From the NCBI GenBank assembly GCA_027622665.1, contig JAQBYT010000047.1:1-28367 (forward strand): 28,367 nt of DNA. The letters run 5' to 3'. Numbering within the stretch: the first letter of the stretch is position 1; every line of letters starts with the position of its first letter. A model generated the notes under the pieces. It had not been told where the DNA came from and ran no database searches. It saw only the letters and a program-made list of their open reading frames with translations. Below, one piece after another: positions 19,447-28,163 of the stretch. This DNA comes from Verrucomicrobiota bacterium (GTDB taxonomy: Bacteria; Verrucomicrobiota; Verrucomicrobiia; Opitutales; Seribacteraceae). The position numbers and the translations under genes are program-made.

Positions 19447-19673
19447 CAGGATTGGGCCAATCGGAGAACCGGTAAAAAGACCCACCCTAAGAGAGTTTCG
19501 ACGGCCTTTGAATTTGTTCTGACATGAGTTCAGATGGTACTAGACATTAACGATCTACCCTCGCTGGCAACTTAAACGAGCCAAAGAAAGTGCTTGTGGC
19601 AAGAATATCTTCTAAATCAAAGTCTTGCCAGTTGTATGCCTGCGAAGAAGCCTTGAATCATGAATTAAGCACG

Positions 19674-19708
19674 AAAAAGGCCGGCGAAAATTCTTCCGCC
19701 GGCCTTTT
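19674..19708 (-). terminator. Rho-independent terminator downstream of glutamine synthetase (probably bidirectional)
   Basis: AAAAAGGCCGGCGAAAATTCTTCCGCCGGCCTTTT: GC-rich inverted repeat flanked by A and T runs, about 30 nt past the GS stop. Confidence 0.88.
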
Positions 19709-19739
19709 GTATTTATTGAAAGTTGGCGCTTGAAGCTAA

Positions 19740-20759
19740 TCAAGAAGCGAGAGCTTCATTAGTTGTCTTGATAACGACAGCGCTAATCCTATAAGGATCT
19801 CCATTGGAGGCTGGGCGGCGATCCTCGAGACGTCCTTTCCAACCGTCCTGGATGGTGGCCACGGGAATGCGGATGGAGGCTCCACGGTCAGAGACGCCAT
19901 AGCTGAACTTATCGATCGCTTGGGTTTCGTGCAAGCCAGTCAAACGCTGGGCATTTTCGGCACCGTAAACGCTTACGTGACGATCAATATTCCGGCCAAA
20001 GTGTTCGCAAATCTTGGTCATGACATCCTCTCCACCTTGGTCACGCATTACGCCGTTGGAAAAGTTGCAGTGCATACCGGAGCCATTCCAGTCGCCCTTA
20101 ATCGGTTTGGGATGCAAATCAATGACAATTCCATACTTCTCGGCAGCACGCTCAAGAAGATAACGGGCAACCCAAACCTCGTCGCCGGCCTGACCCGCTC
20201 CCTTTGCGAAGATTTGATATTCCCACTGCCCCATCATTACCTCAGCGTTGATACCCTCGATGTTGATGCCCGCCTCGATACAAAGGTGAAGGTGCTCGTC
20301 AACAAGGTCGCGTCCAAAGGTGTTGGCCGCCCCGACGGAAGTGTAGTACGGACCCTGAGGGCCTGGGAAACCGTTCTCGGGGAAACCGAGCGGTAGATTG
20401 GTGTCAGGGTCAATGAGGGTATATTCCTGCTCGTAACCGAACCAGAAATCATCATCGTCCTCTTCGATCGTGGCTCGTCCGTTCGATTCATGAGGCGTTC
20501 CGTCGGCATTAAGCACTTCTGTCATTACCAGCCAACCGTTGCCTCCGAAACGATCAGGATCCGGAAAAACCGAAACGGGCTGTAGGAGGCAGTCTGAATT
20601 GTCACCGGACGCTTGCTCCGTTGAGGAACCGTCGAATGACCATTGCTTGGCGTCTTCCAGCTTTCCGCTGAAATCGTCAACAACCATCGTTTTACTTCGT
20701 AGACTCTGAGTCGGTTTGTATCCGTCGAGCCAAATGTATTCTAGCTTATGTTTGCTCAT
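19740..20759 (-). CDS. glnII: Glutamine synthetase type II (GSII)
   Basis: LEYIWLDG, LRSKT, WSFDGSST, FGYEQEY, GINAEVMMGQWEYQI, PKPIKGDWNGSGMHCNFS, RLTGLHET, LEDRRPASNGDPY. 339 aa fits GSII, not GSI. Confidence 0.95.
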   Translation of the reverse strand: MSKHKLEYIWLDGYKPTQSLRSKTMVVDDFSGKLEDAKQWSFDGSSTEQASGDNSDCLLQPVSVFPDPDRFGGNGWLVMTEVLNADGTPHESNGRATIEEDDDDFWFGYEQEYTLIDPDTNLPLGFPENGFPGPQGPYYTSVGAANTFGRDLVDEHLHLCIEAGINIEGINAEVMMGQWEYQIFAKGAGQAGDEVWVARYLLERAAEKYGIVIDLHPKPIKGDWNGSGMHCNFSNGVMRDQGGEDVMTKICEHFGRNIDRHVSVYGAENAQRLTGLHETQAIDKFSYGVSDRGASIRIPVATIQDGWKGRLEDRRPASNGDPYRISAVVIKTTNEALAS

Positions 20760-20903
20760 TACTGATTGGAATTTTATTGTATGGTACTTGAGTAGTGTTA
20801 GAGAGAGGATTTATTTAGTATGTAAGGTTTTGAAACTGAGAGACAGTGGAATTTCGAGTCCCTAAAACTCAGGGTGTAATGCAAATATCAATTTAAGCCA
20901 TCT

Positions 20904-20920
20904 AGCAACTGGTGCGCCAA
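20904..20920 (-). promoter_or_regulatory. Putative sigma54 (-24/-12) promoter of glutamine synthetase
   Basis: Minus strand reads TTGGCGCACCAGTTGCT: GG and GC exactly 10 nt apart, matching TGGCAC-N5-TTGC at all but one position, about 145 nt upstream of the GS ATG. Confidence 0.78.
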
Positions 20921-21019
20921 GCCCTTTTCTCAAGGAAATTCGGACTCAATTTAGGCAATTCGTTTAATATTATAAACCAAATTCGGACAAATGGGATACT
21001 CCAAGAAGTCTTTACCAGT

Positions 21020-21592
21020 TTAATTCAATTCCGGATCATCCGGGGCATCGACAAGAAAACGCAGCTCGTCACTTACCGAACCAACGACGTTCTTCCAAAC
21101 CACCTGTTTGTCCTCGAGTTGGGCAAACAGTTCCTTGTCAAGGGTGGAAACGATCCAGGCGTCTTCATTCAATTCATACTCCAGTTGCCCCGGAGACCAA
21201 CCCGAGTGCCCCACGAAACAGGCTATTTTAACAGAGGGGTTGTCGGCTCGTAAGTCCTCGGCTTTTTCCATGTCGATTCCGAAATAAAGTTTAAAGGAAC
21301 TGGGAGAATCGAGCCATTCCCAAGCGGCAATGATAAGTTTCTCTGTCTCTACGGGTCCACCTTCATACACGGGGGTCTCCCCAAAGGATTTACCGATGAA
21401 AGAAGAGTCGAGGTCGGACAACTTGCGCCCCATGGGCCGATTCAGAATAACTCCCAAAGTACCTTGCTCCTTGGAGTGTGACGAAAGAAAAACGATCGTC
21501 TTTAGGAAATTCGGATCAAGGAGTGAGGGATGTGACAAAATAATGGATCCGGAAAGTGTACTCTTGGGTTGATGGCGCTCGGAGAATTTCAT
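21020..21592 (-). CDS. YqgE/AlgH family protein (DUF179)
   Basis: LLDPNFLKTIVFL, GTLGVILNRP, VYEGGPV, FVGHSGWSPGQLEYEL, terminal PELN. Confidence 0.92.
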   Translation of the reverse strand: MKFSERHQPKSTLSGSIILSHPSLLDPNFLKTIVFLSSHSKEQGTLGVILNRPMGRKLSDLDSSFIGKSFGETPVYEGGPVETEKLIIAAWEWLDSPSSFKLYFGIDMEKAEDLRADNPSVKIACFVGHSGWSPGQLEYELNEDAWIVSTLDKELFAQLEDKQVVWKNVVGSVSDELRFLVDAPDDPELN

Positions 21593-21737
21593 CAAGGGTA
21601 GAAATTCCTCTCAACCGGAAAAAAAGCAAGCTTAGATTCTCTAAAAACAACTCCGGACATCCCACTGAAATCCGAAAACAAAATTCACAATCAACAACCC
21701 TAGCTGCAAAGCTAGCTAGTGTTATGCAGGCTAAACG

Positions 21738-22151
21738 TTAGCCTTTGCGCTTGAGCACAACTCCGGGGGCCCAAGCGGCGCCGGCATCGATCCAATCCTT
21801 GATGATCTTTTGTTGAGCGGGGGTTAAGGGGTCTCCCTTCGGGGGCATAATATCGTCATGGTCTTTCTCCAAAGTAATGCGCTTGTATAATTGACTCTTC
21901 GCTGCATTGCCCGGAATCACACCGGCCTCTTCGGATTCGCCGCCCTTTAGGATGTTCTCGCGAGTATCGACGCGGTATCCACCCTTCGGTTTACGAAGTC
22001 GCGTACCCTTCTTGTAAGGGGCGGCATGGCAATCGATGCAATTCTCCTGTAGAATCGGCAGGATGTCCTTGTTGAAGTCGGGTGCGGCGTTAAGCCCGGC
22101 GGCGGAAAAGCCGACGGCGAGTATACTGGTGATGATACTTTTTATTGTCAT
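21738..22151 (-). CDS. Secreted monoheme cytochrome c (planctomycete cytochrome C-like domain)
   Basis: Signal peptide; DFNKDILPILQENCIDCH (CxxCH), GGESEEAGVIPGNAAKSQLY, IMPPKGDPL (axial Met), WIDAGA. Confidence 0.88.
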   Translation of the reverse strand: MTIKSIITSILAVGFSAAGLNAAPDFNKDILPILQENCIDCHAAPYKKGTRLRKPKGGYRVDTRENILKGGESEEAGVIPGNAAKSQLYKRITLEKDHDDIMPPKGDPLTPAQQKIIKDWIDAGAAWAPGVVLKRKG

Positions 22152-22243
22152 GTTATATTAGATAATTGCCAAAGAGTCATGATTTAGGACAAAAAGATTT
22201 CGCAGAAACCCTTTCCACAATGGGGAAAGAAAAGGGAGGAAGA

Positions 22244-22591
22244 CTAAGCGGCGGGAACAGCTTCGGCTAGAGGAGTTGCAATCGTATCGTCGAGGTCTGC
22301 AGCTGCATCCGCTGATTCCGAGCCATCTGCCGAAACGACACCCGGCTTCTCGGGTGGAGCCGTTGCCTCGGCATCACCCCATTGCTCTTCGTATAGGACC
22401 TTGAGGTGGGTAAATACTTCAACGATTGCTTTGTCTTCCTCTATTTCGAAGAGCTTGAGAATCAGATCCTTGTTATTTCTCATCTGCATCCGCTTGCCGA
22501 TGCTTTCCAGACCACGATAACTGTTGATCACCTCGCGGGCTTCTTCTTGCTTATTTAAAATGCGTTTGGCTTCTCGGTAATTGATAGACAT
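22244..22591 (-). CDS. Hypothetical protein: helical charged N-terminus, acidic Ala-rich tail
   Basis: 115-aa ATG ORF filling the gap between same-strand genes; no recognised motif. Confidence 0.7.
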   Translation of the reverse strand: MSINYREAKRILNKQEEAREVINSYRGLESIGKRMQMRNNKDLILKLFEIEEDKAIVEVFTHLKVLYEEQWGDAEATAPPEKPGVVSADGSESADAAADLDDTIATPLAEAVPAA

Positions 22592-22688
22592 GGCGAATAA
22601 TTAGATTGGGTTCGCAGTAAATATGTTCAGTTTTACTATTTCGCAAAGATCGAGGCATAGTCAAGCCACTTCCTTTTTTCGGAATAAA

Positions 22689-22916
22689 TCAACCGCCGAG
22701 GAGAGGAGATCCGGCCCGATATAAAGCCGTACCCAGCCAAATCACCAGAGCACCGTAAAAAACACCAAACGCCTTGGTCACAGGAAATATGCGGGAACAC
22801 TTCCCGAACTTCGACTCATACCAGTCCTGCCCGACCCAAGCCACGATGTTGTAACCGCAGCAATCCACCGCGATCAACCACCATACAATCGCCTCAAACC
22901 ATTCCGAGAAATTCAT
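22689..22916 (-). CDS. Small membrane protein with two hydrophobic segments
   Basis: 75-aa ATG ORF 22 nt downstream of the lipoprotein gene; Trp/Tyr-rich with two hydrophobic stretches. Confidence 0.7.
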   Translation of the reverse strand: MNFSEWFEAIVWWLIAVDCCGYNIVAWVGQDWYESKFGKCSRIFPVTKAFGVFYGALVIWLGTALYRAGSPLLGG

Positions 22917-22938
22917 TGCTTAAGGCACAAAGACCCTT

Positions 22939-23880
22939 TCAGTCCCCGACCACGCCGAACGAAAGAAATTGAGGTAAAACGCCTTTCACTGCTTTGGGCT
23001 TATGGAGAAGCTTTGGATGTTTTGCTCGAATATAGTTGAGGGCATTGCGGGAATAACCGGTGAAGCATTTCTTTTGCAAGACGACCTTTTCGTCGACCAC
23101 ACCGCCCATTTCCAAAGTTGCGACACCTTTTCGAAAATCGAGGCGAAAACCTTCAGGCAGATCCTCTCCCCCTTCCTTTTCGACACGATCGTAGTCCAAC
23201 TTCGTCACCGGAAACTGCACGCGCAACAGATTTCCCTCGTGAACAAGAAAGTCGTAATCGACCTCGAGAGCCTTCTCCAGTAAATCGATACTTTCGCGGC
23301 TGAAGAAACTCTTGACGGTCTCCGCCTGTTCTTTACGCAATTCCGGCAACTTTGCCACGAACTGACGGCGAAAACCCTCGTTCGCCAATCGAATGAATTT
23401 GGTGAAATGAGAAATGCGCATGGTCTGCGCTCCACACAAACGCTTGTTCTCATCGAGATAGAAACCGATGTTCTCAATCTTCACGTCGTCCAGCAAGGCC
23501 CGTAAGAGTTTCTTCTCGGGCTTGCCGAAAACTTCACCTTGCTTCTCGCCACCCTGGCCCTTTTGCAGGGCTTCGGCGAAACCGGCTCGGTTGTACTCGC
23601 TTATCCAGTTGTTGAAGAAAAACGCGCGACCACCCGAAAGAACCGATTCCAGTTGCGTCACCTGTTGCTCGCTCAATTGCTCGTCCGTAGCGACGTCATC
23701 CGAGCGACCGTCAAATCCGGCCTTGGTCGCTCCGTAAATGCCTTCGTACTTGAGGGTAACCAACAAGGTGTCGTCCTTCTTTTCATAATGATAAGCCAGT
23801 TCCTGACTTTCAAATTCGATGCAGGAGCTAAACGGGATTAACAAGCAAGCCACGAGAAACCTAAAGCGCAAACGATTCAT
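22939..23880 (-). CDS. Hypothetical lipoprotein
   Basis: ATG at 23880 gives MNRLRFRFLVACLLIPFSSC: basic n-region, hydrophobic core, lipobox-like FSSC. Confidence 0.72.
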   Translation of the reverse strand: MNRLRFRFLVACLLIPFSSCIEFESQELAYHYEKKDDTLLVTLKYEGIYGATKAGFDGRSDDVATDEQLSEQQVTQLESVLSGGRAFFFNNWISEYNRAGFAEALQKGQGGEKQGEVFGKPEKKLLRALLDDVKIENIGFYLDENKRLCGAQTMRISHFTKFIRLANEGFRRQFVAKLPELRKEQAETVKSFFSRESIDLLEKALEVDYDFLVHEGNLLRVQFPVTKLDYDRVEKEGGEDLPEGFRLDFRKGVATLEMGGVVDEKVVLQKKCFTGYSRNALNYIRAKHPKLLHKPKAVKGVLPQFLSFGVVGD

Positions 23881-23961
23881 TGGCGGCAAATCTACGTAAA
23901 TGTTCAGCTTAGGCAAAGTGATTTGTTGCTCTTTTACATGGAAACCATGAAACAAAAGTCC

Positions 23962-24930
23962 ATGAACATTCATTTGCTCGCAATAATCGCTTTACTTTCA
24001 GTCGGCTCAATGCTTGCTGCCGACGACAACAAGTCAAAAGCAAAACCTCTCTACGCCAAGGTAGTCCCGGCCTGCTTGGAAATACTCGTAGGCGGACGCT
24101 TGGACGGTTCCGCCGCCATCGTGAGCGCAGAAGGTCTTGTCCTTACCGCCTGCCACGTAATTCGCAAGAAGAGCAAGAGTTACGAGGCCCTTTCCCCTAC
24201 CCTCGGCCGCCATCCACTGGAACTGGTTTGCACGGACCGTTCGCATGATCTGGCCCTACTTTCCCTACCGAAACGGGAAAAACCATACCCATTTCTTAAG
24301 GTCGCAAGAAACATCCCGAACGAGGGAAGGCCAAGCTATCTTTTGGGAGCTCCCGTATTTCGACACAACCTTCTCATCACGGGATACGTAGCTAAGAAAA
24401 AATCGAGTTTCGAGTGGTACGACGGAGCCTTTGCCGAAACCTTCGCCATCGCGGGCATTGGAGCCGGGGGTACGTCAGGCGGTCCTTGGCTAAACGCCAA
24501 AGGCGAAATCATTGGCGTTCAGGTTGCCTCCATGACCTTGGGCGACGTACATCAAGGAATAGCTTCCGCCATCCCTCCGACTGCCATTCGCTCCTTGATT
24601 AAAAAGAAGGAAACGGTCGTCACACCGACCATTCAGGCTGCAGTTGAGGAAATCTGGGGACAATCCCCCGAGTTCTTGGAAAAAATCAAACCAAACACGA
24701 AGGGTCTTTTACTAAGACAGGTAGCAAAAGGTGGAGTCGCGGCAAAGGCGGGACTAAAGGACGAGGAAATAATTCTGAAAGTCGGTGGCAAGAGGATCTT
24801 CGAAAGGATCGAACCCTTCATGCAAATGCTACGCAGGAAAAAGCCAGGGGACACGTTACTCCTTCACGTCGCCGACTCGAAGGGGGAAGGTCGGCGCACA
24901 GTAAAGATCAAGTTGGCCGAGCTGAAATAA
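23962..24930 (+). CDS. Secreted trypsin-like (S1C/HtrA-like) serine protease with one C-terminal PDZ domain
   Basis: Signal peptide; triad LTACHV, HDLALL, GTSGGP; PDZ-like GGVAAKAGLKDEEIILKVGG. Alternative ATG at 23947. Confidence 0.87.
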   Translation: MNIHLLAIIALLSVGSMLAADDNKSKAKPLYAKVVPACLEILVGGRLDGSAAIVSAEGLVLTACHVIRKKSKSYEALSPTLGRHPLELVCTDRSHDLALLSLPKREKPYPFLKVARNIPNEGRPSYLLGAPVFRHNLLITGYVAKKKSSFEWYDGAFAETFAIAGIGAGGTSGGPWLNAKGEIIGVQVASMTLGDVHQGIASAIPPTAIRSLIKKKETVVTPTIQAAVEEIWGQSPEFLEKIKPNTKGLLLRQVAKGGVAAKAGLKDEEIILKVGGKRIFERIEPFMQMLRRKKPGDTLLLHVADSKGEGRRTVKIKLAELK

Positions 24931-24940
24931 CGAGAAATCT

Positions 24941-25573
24941 TCAGCCGCCCTTTTTGTAAACCTCAACTGCGCTGCGAAGTCTAAGAAGACGTGAACTCAC
25001 CTTGAGATTGCGAGAGGTGAAACCCTCGCGATTGACCAACAGCATCAAGCGATTTCGTGATCGCACAATGCTCACACAAGCTCCCTCACGAGCATACTTG
25101 CTCCCCTCGCCTATTGCTAGTACGCCTTTCTTGTCGCAAAGGGTACATTCGGACCATCTGTTTTCCTCGGACTTGAGGAAGTAGACGACTGCGCAATCCT
25201 TAAAGATTTCTTTCTCCTCATCGGCATCCGGGATGTGAGCCAGGGAGAATACCTTCACCTTGCGACCTTGAATGGTGATTTTCAATTCGTCGATGAGGAA
25301 TAAAAGAACTTGGGCGAAATGGTGGCGGTCGTCACCCACCACGGCAAGCCCGACGGTGGAATCGGCACTGGGCAAATCCTCCTCCGCCCAAGTCGAATAG
25401 TGAAGAAGGTGCGCGAGGTAAGCAGCCTTGAAACGAGCCTCCGCCCGAGCATTCTCCGAAGAATCAGTCTTCCCGAAACTCGCATTGGAACAGACGCAAA
25501 AAGACACAATGGCGAAGGACGCGAATCGCATCGCCTTTGTGAAATGTTTGAATCTGGTAATCAGGGAAAGCAC
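24941..25573 (-). CDS. YfiR family (DUF4154) periplasmic protein
   Basis: FKAAYLAHLLHYSTW, GVLAIGEG..YAREG, NRLMLLVN, LKVSSRLLRL. Start is GTG 25573 or ATG 25531. Confidence 0.85.
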   Translation of the reverse strand: MLSLITRFKHFTKAMRFASFAIVSFCVCSNASFGKTDSSENARAEARFKAAYLAHLLHYSTWAEEDLPSADSTVGLAVVGDDRHHFAQVLLFLIDELKITIQGRKVKVFSLAHIPDADEEKEIFKDCAVVYFLKSEENRWSECTLCDKKGVLAIGEGSKYAREGACVSIVRSRNRLMLLVNREGFTSRNLKVSSRLLRLRSAVEVYKKGG

Positions 25574-25586
25574 GGAAATAAAAAAT

Positions 25587-27920
25587 TTAGAATCTTTTGG
25601 TTATGGATAAAAGGAAGGAGCGCTCGACTCGGGCGGGTTCGAGCTCCAGGTCTTGATACATGTTTTCGGGGTGATGTGGGTCGAGCAGGTCGCGACCAAA
25701 AAGGCCGATCTCCAGACTCTCGTCGGGTCGCCAGATGAACCCGAGGTCCATCCGCAAATGGGCGGGAATGAAAATTGGATTGTATGCGGAGGCGATCGTT
25801 CTTTCGGCAGCGTAGTAGAAGTTCTGCGAGAAGATGAGATCGTCCCGCAAACGAAGGTGAGAAGAAACATTGGCCAAGGTCTTGGGGAAATTGTCGGTTT
25901 CCACACCTTCCTTCTTGCTGATGGTGCGGGATGCGCCGCCCTTCAGTGTCCAGTAGTGGAAGGGACTGTAGTCGAAGGTGAATTCTCCACCCGAAGTCTT
26001 GACGTCGTGGGCTTCGTAAATGGGAGGACCGGAAAAAATGGCGTTTGTCGTATCGTAGTGATAAAGAGACAACTCGAGGGTGAGGTCGTCACGAGGTTGG
26101 GATCGCCAACCGACTTCGAATGCATCAGTTTCCTCTTTCTCCAAGTCCGAGTTTCCAGGGAAGGATTGGTTAAGCCAGAAGCCCGTTGTGGCAGAAGTCG
26201 GCACCCATACCCTGGCATAGGACACCTTGGAATAGCGCTCCACCAATGAGGGTGTGCGATAAGCGCGAGAATAGGCCGACCACAAGACATTTGTTTCGTT
26301 GACGGCCCATGAAAGACGGGCACCAGGCTGAACGCCGGTGCCGGCGAGATCACTCTCTTCGAATTTGGCCCCGGCGGATAAGAGCAGACTGTCGCTAAAC
26401 TCATAGGAGTCCTGAAAGAAGGCTGAAAAACGATCGAACTTCGTCGGACTATCGCCATGATCCAGAATGGTTATGTTGGGACTGGCAGGAGTAAATAAAG
26501 TGTCGTTGGTATCGAATCCCCAAGGGGGCGTCATAATGTCCTCCACATCGAAATCCATATGCCGAGTGGCCAAACCAAAGGCCAAATGATGGCGATCGCC
26601 AATGAGTTTGTTTGCCTTAAAGTCGAGATCGTATTGCTTGCGGTCCCAACGTCGACCGACATGCCCGAGAAAGGTTTTGTATTGCTCGGCATATCCGGCC
26701 AATGTCCATTCCAAATCCGAGTCAGTAACCCCGGAAAGCTTGGCTCTCAGGTGACCTGCATCATGCGGCATTTCTCCCCAGTATTCGTAGCGAGTGAAAC
26801 CTAAACCGGCAGGCATTGTCGTTGCCGAAGCTCTAGATATTGGCCACGAGGGAACCAACGTCTTAAGATTATCTTCACCTCCGACAGCGAAGGCATAGGG
26901 AACGATTGCAGGAAGAGTCATCCCTAAAAATGTTTCCATCGCTGCAAGCGCATGGGGATTGTCAACAGCATCGGGTTCTTTGTCTGGATCGTAATTCATG
27001 TAAAGAAGTCGCTGACTCAGATCCAACACGTGATGCACACGCCGTTTGCCCAAGGCGCCTGCAAAGGTAAAATCAAGATCCCTCGACAAGGTTTTGTCGT
27101 AACGGAACCCAGCCTTGCGGAAGTAACCGTCGTCCTTGGCGGGCAAACCGGAGTTAAGGGTGCCCTCGGCATACTCCTGATCTCGGAACCAAACCCGATA
27201 GAAGGCATTCTCACCCGCCTGACCTCCGTGAACGTAATCTCCGAGAAAAGTGCCATCGTCGCGAATGACCAGTCGCACGGAATCTCCTTGCGTGGCGGCA
27301 GCGCTCTTGGTCACGACATTGTAGACGCCGCTTACGGCATTCGTGCCCCAAATGGAAGCGCCTGGTCCGCGAATAATTTCCACTCGATCCAAAATTTCCA
27401 AGGGAACACCCTCGCCCGTCGCGTTGACCGTTCCGCCCATAATTTGGAGAACCTCCCTGCCGTCCACCATAGCGAGAAACTTCTCCGTGGAGGAACCGCT
27501 GAAGTTCCGCATAATGGCAAAATCGTCGTAACCCGTGCCACGAGTGACGTGCATGCCCGGCACGCCACGAAAAGCTTCCACAGTCAGGACATGACCGTTG
27601 AGACTGATGTCGTCCGGTCGCAAAACATGCACCGAGGCAGGGTTACGCCAGTACTCTTGCTCGTAACCTAAAACTCCGTGTACGGGACGCCGAGCCAACT
27701 CCCGCAAGTCCAAGCCAAACAACCGCCTAAGCTCAGACTTTTCAAACGGGGTTAGAGCGTCATCATTTCGTTCTAAGGGAATTAACTCAAGTTTAGGCAA
27801 AGTGGCATTTGCCTCGATGCCCGCCAAAGGCACCTGTCCGAGAACTGAAGCAGGCAGCAACCCAAACAAGAACCCCCCGAAGAAAGAAACTATTAAAACT
27901 GAATGTGTAAAAGGAAGCAC
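25587..27920 (-). CDS. TonB-dependent outer-membrane receptor (YfiR-linked type)
   Basis: Signal peptide; plug motifs PASVHVL, VPGM, VDGR, LDRVEIIRGPGASIWGTNAVSGVYNVVTK; barrel motifs SRAYRTPS, DLLDPHHPE; C-terminal Phe. Confidence 0.92.
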   Translation of the reverse strand: MLPFTHSVLIVSFFGGFLFGLLPASVLGQVPLAGIEANATLPKLELIPLERNDDALTPFEKSELRRLFGLDLRELARRPVHGVLGYEQEYWRNPASVHVLRPDDISLNGHVLTVEAFRGVPGMHVTRGTGYDDFAIMRNFSGSSTEKFLAMVDGREVLQIMGGTVNATGEGVPLEILDRVEIIRGPGASIWGTNAVSGVYNVVTKSAAATQGDSVRLVIRDDGTFLGDYVHGGQAGENAFYRVWFRDQEYAEGTLNSGLPAKDDGYFRKAGFRYDKTLSRDLDFTFAGALGKRRVHHVLDLSQRLLYMNYDPDKEPDAVDNPHALAAMETFLGMTLPAIVPYAFAVGGEDNLKTLVPSWPISRASATTMPAGLGFTRYEYWGEMPHDAGHLRAKLSGVTDSDLEWTLAGYAEQYKTFLGHVGRRWDRKQYDLDFKANKLIGDRHHLAFGLATRHMDFDVEDIMTPPWGFDTNDTLFTPASPNITILDHGDSPTKFDRFSAFFQDSYEFSDSLLLSAGAKFEESDLAGTGVQPGARLSWAVNETNVLWSAYSRAYRTPSLVERYSKVSYARVWVPTSATTGFWLNQSFPGNSDLEKEETDAFEVGWRSQPRDDLTLELSLYHYDTTNAIFSGPPIYEAHDVKTSGGEFTFDYSPFHYWTLKGGASRTISKKEGVETDNFPKTLANVSSHLRLRDDLIFSQNFYYAAERTIASAYNPIFIPAHLRMDLGFIWRPDESLEIGLFGRDLLDPHHPENMYQDLELEPARVERSFLLSITKRF

Positions 27921-28163
27921 TAAGCTGAATAAGTAATATTAATCATCGATGGAGGCAATGAAATCTACAAGTAGAAATCCGATTGACCTCATCTTCTTTA
28001 GCCCACCTTACCTCCGAGATAAGAACAACTAACCAAGGATGATTATTAAACTTATTGAAAGCCAATAATTCCCTTGCCAGAAATAGAACATGATCCTGAT
28101 TCCGTAAGTTGTATCACGTTCGCCCAAAATTAGAAAAATCGTGATTTGTAATAATAATTCATG

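Noticed and set aside
19295..19522. 75-aa GTG-start ORF overlapping the structured element
   Set aside because: No ribosome-binding site or motif; the nested base-pairing explains the sequence better. Not formally excluded.
22211..22229. Hairpin CTTTCC-ACAATGG-GGAAAG after the 115-aa gene
   Set aside because: Weak stem with no clear U-tract on the minus strand; not called as a terminator.
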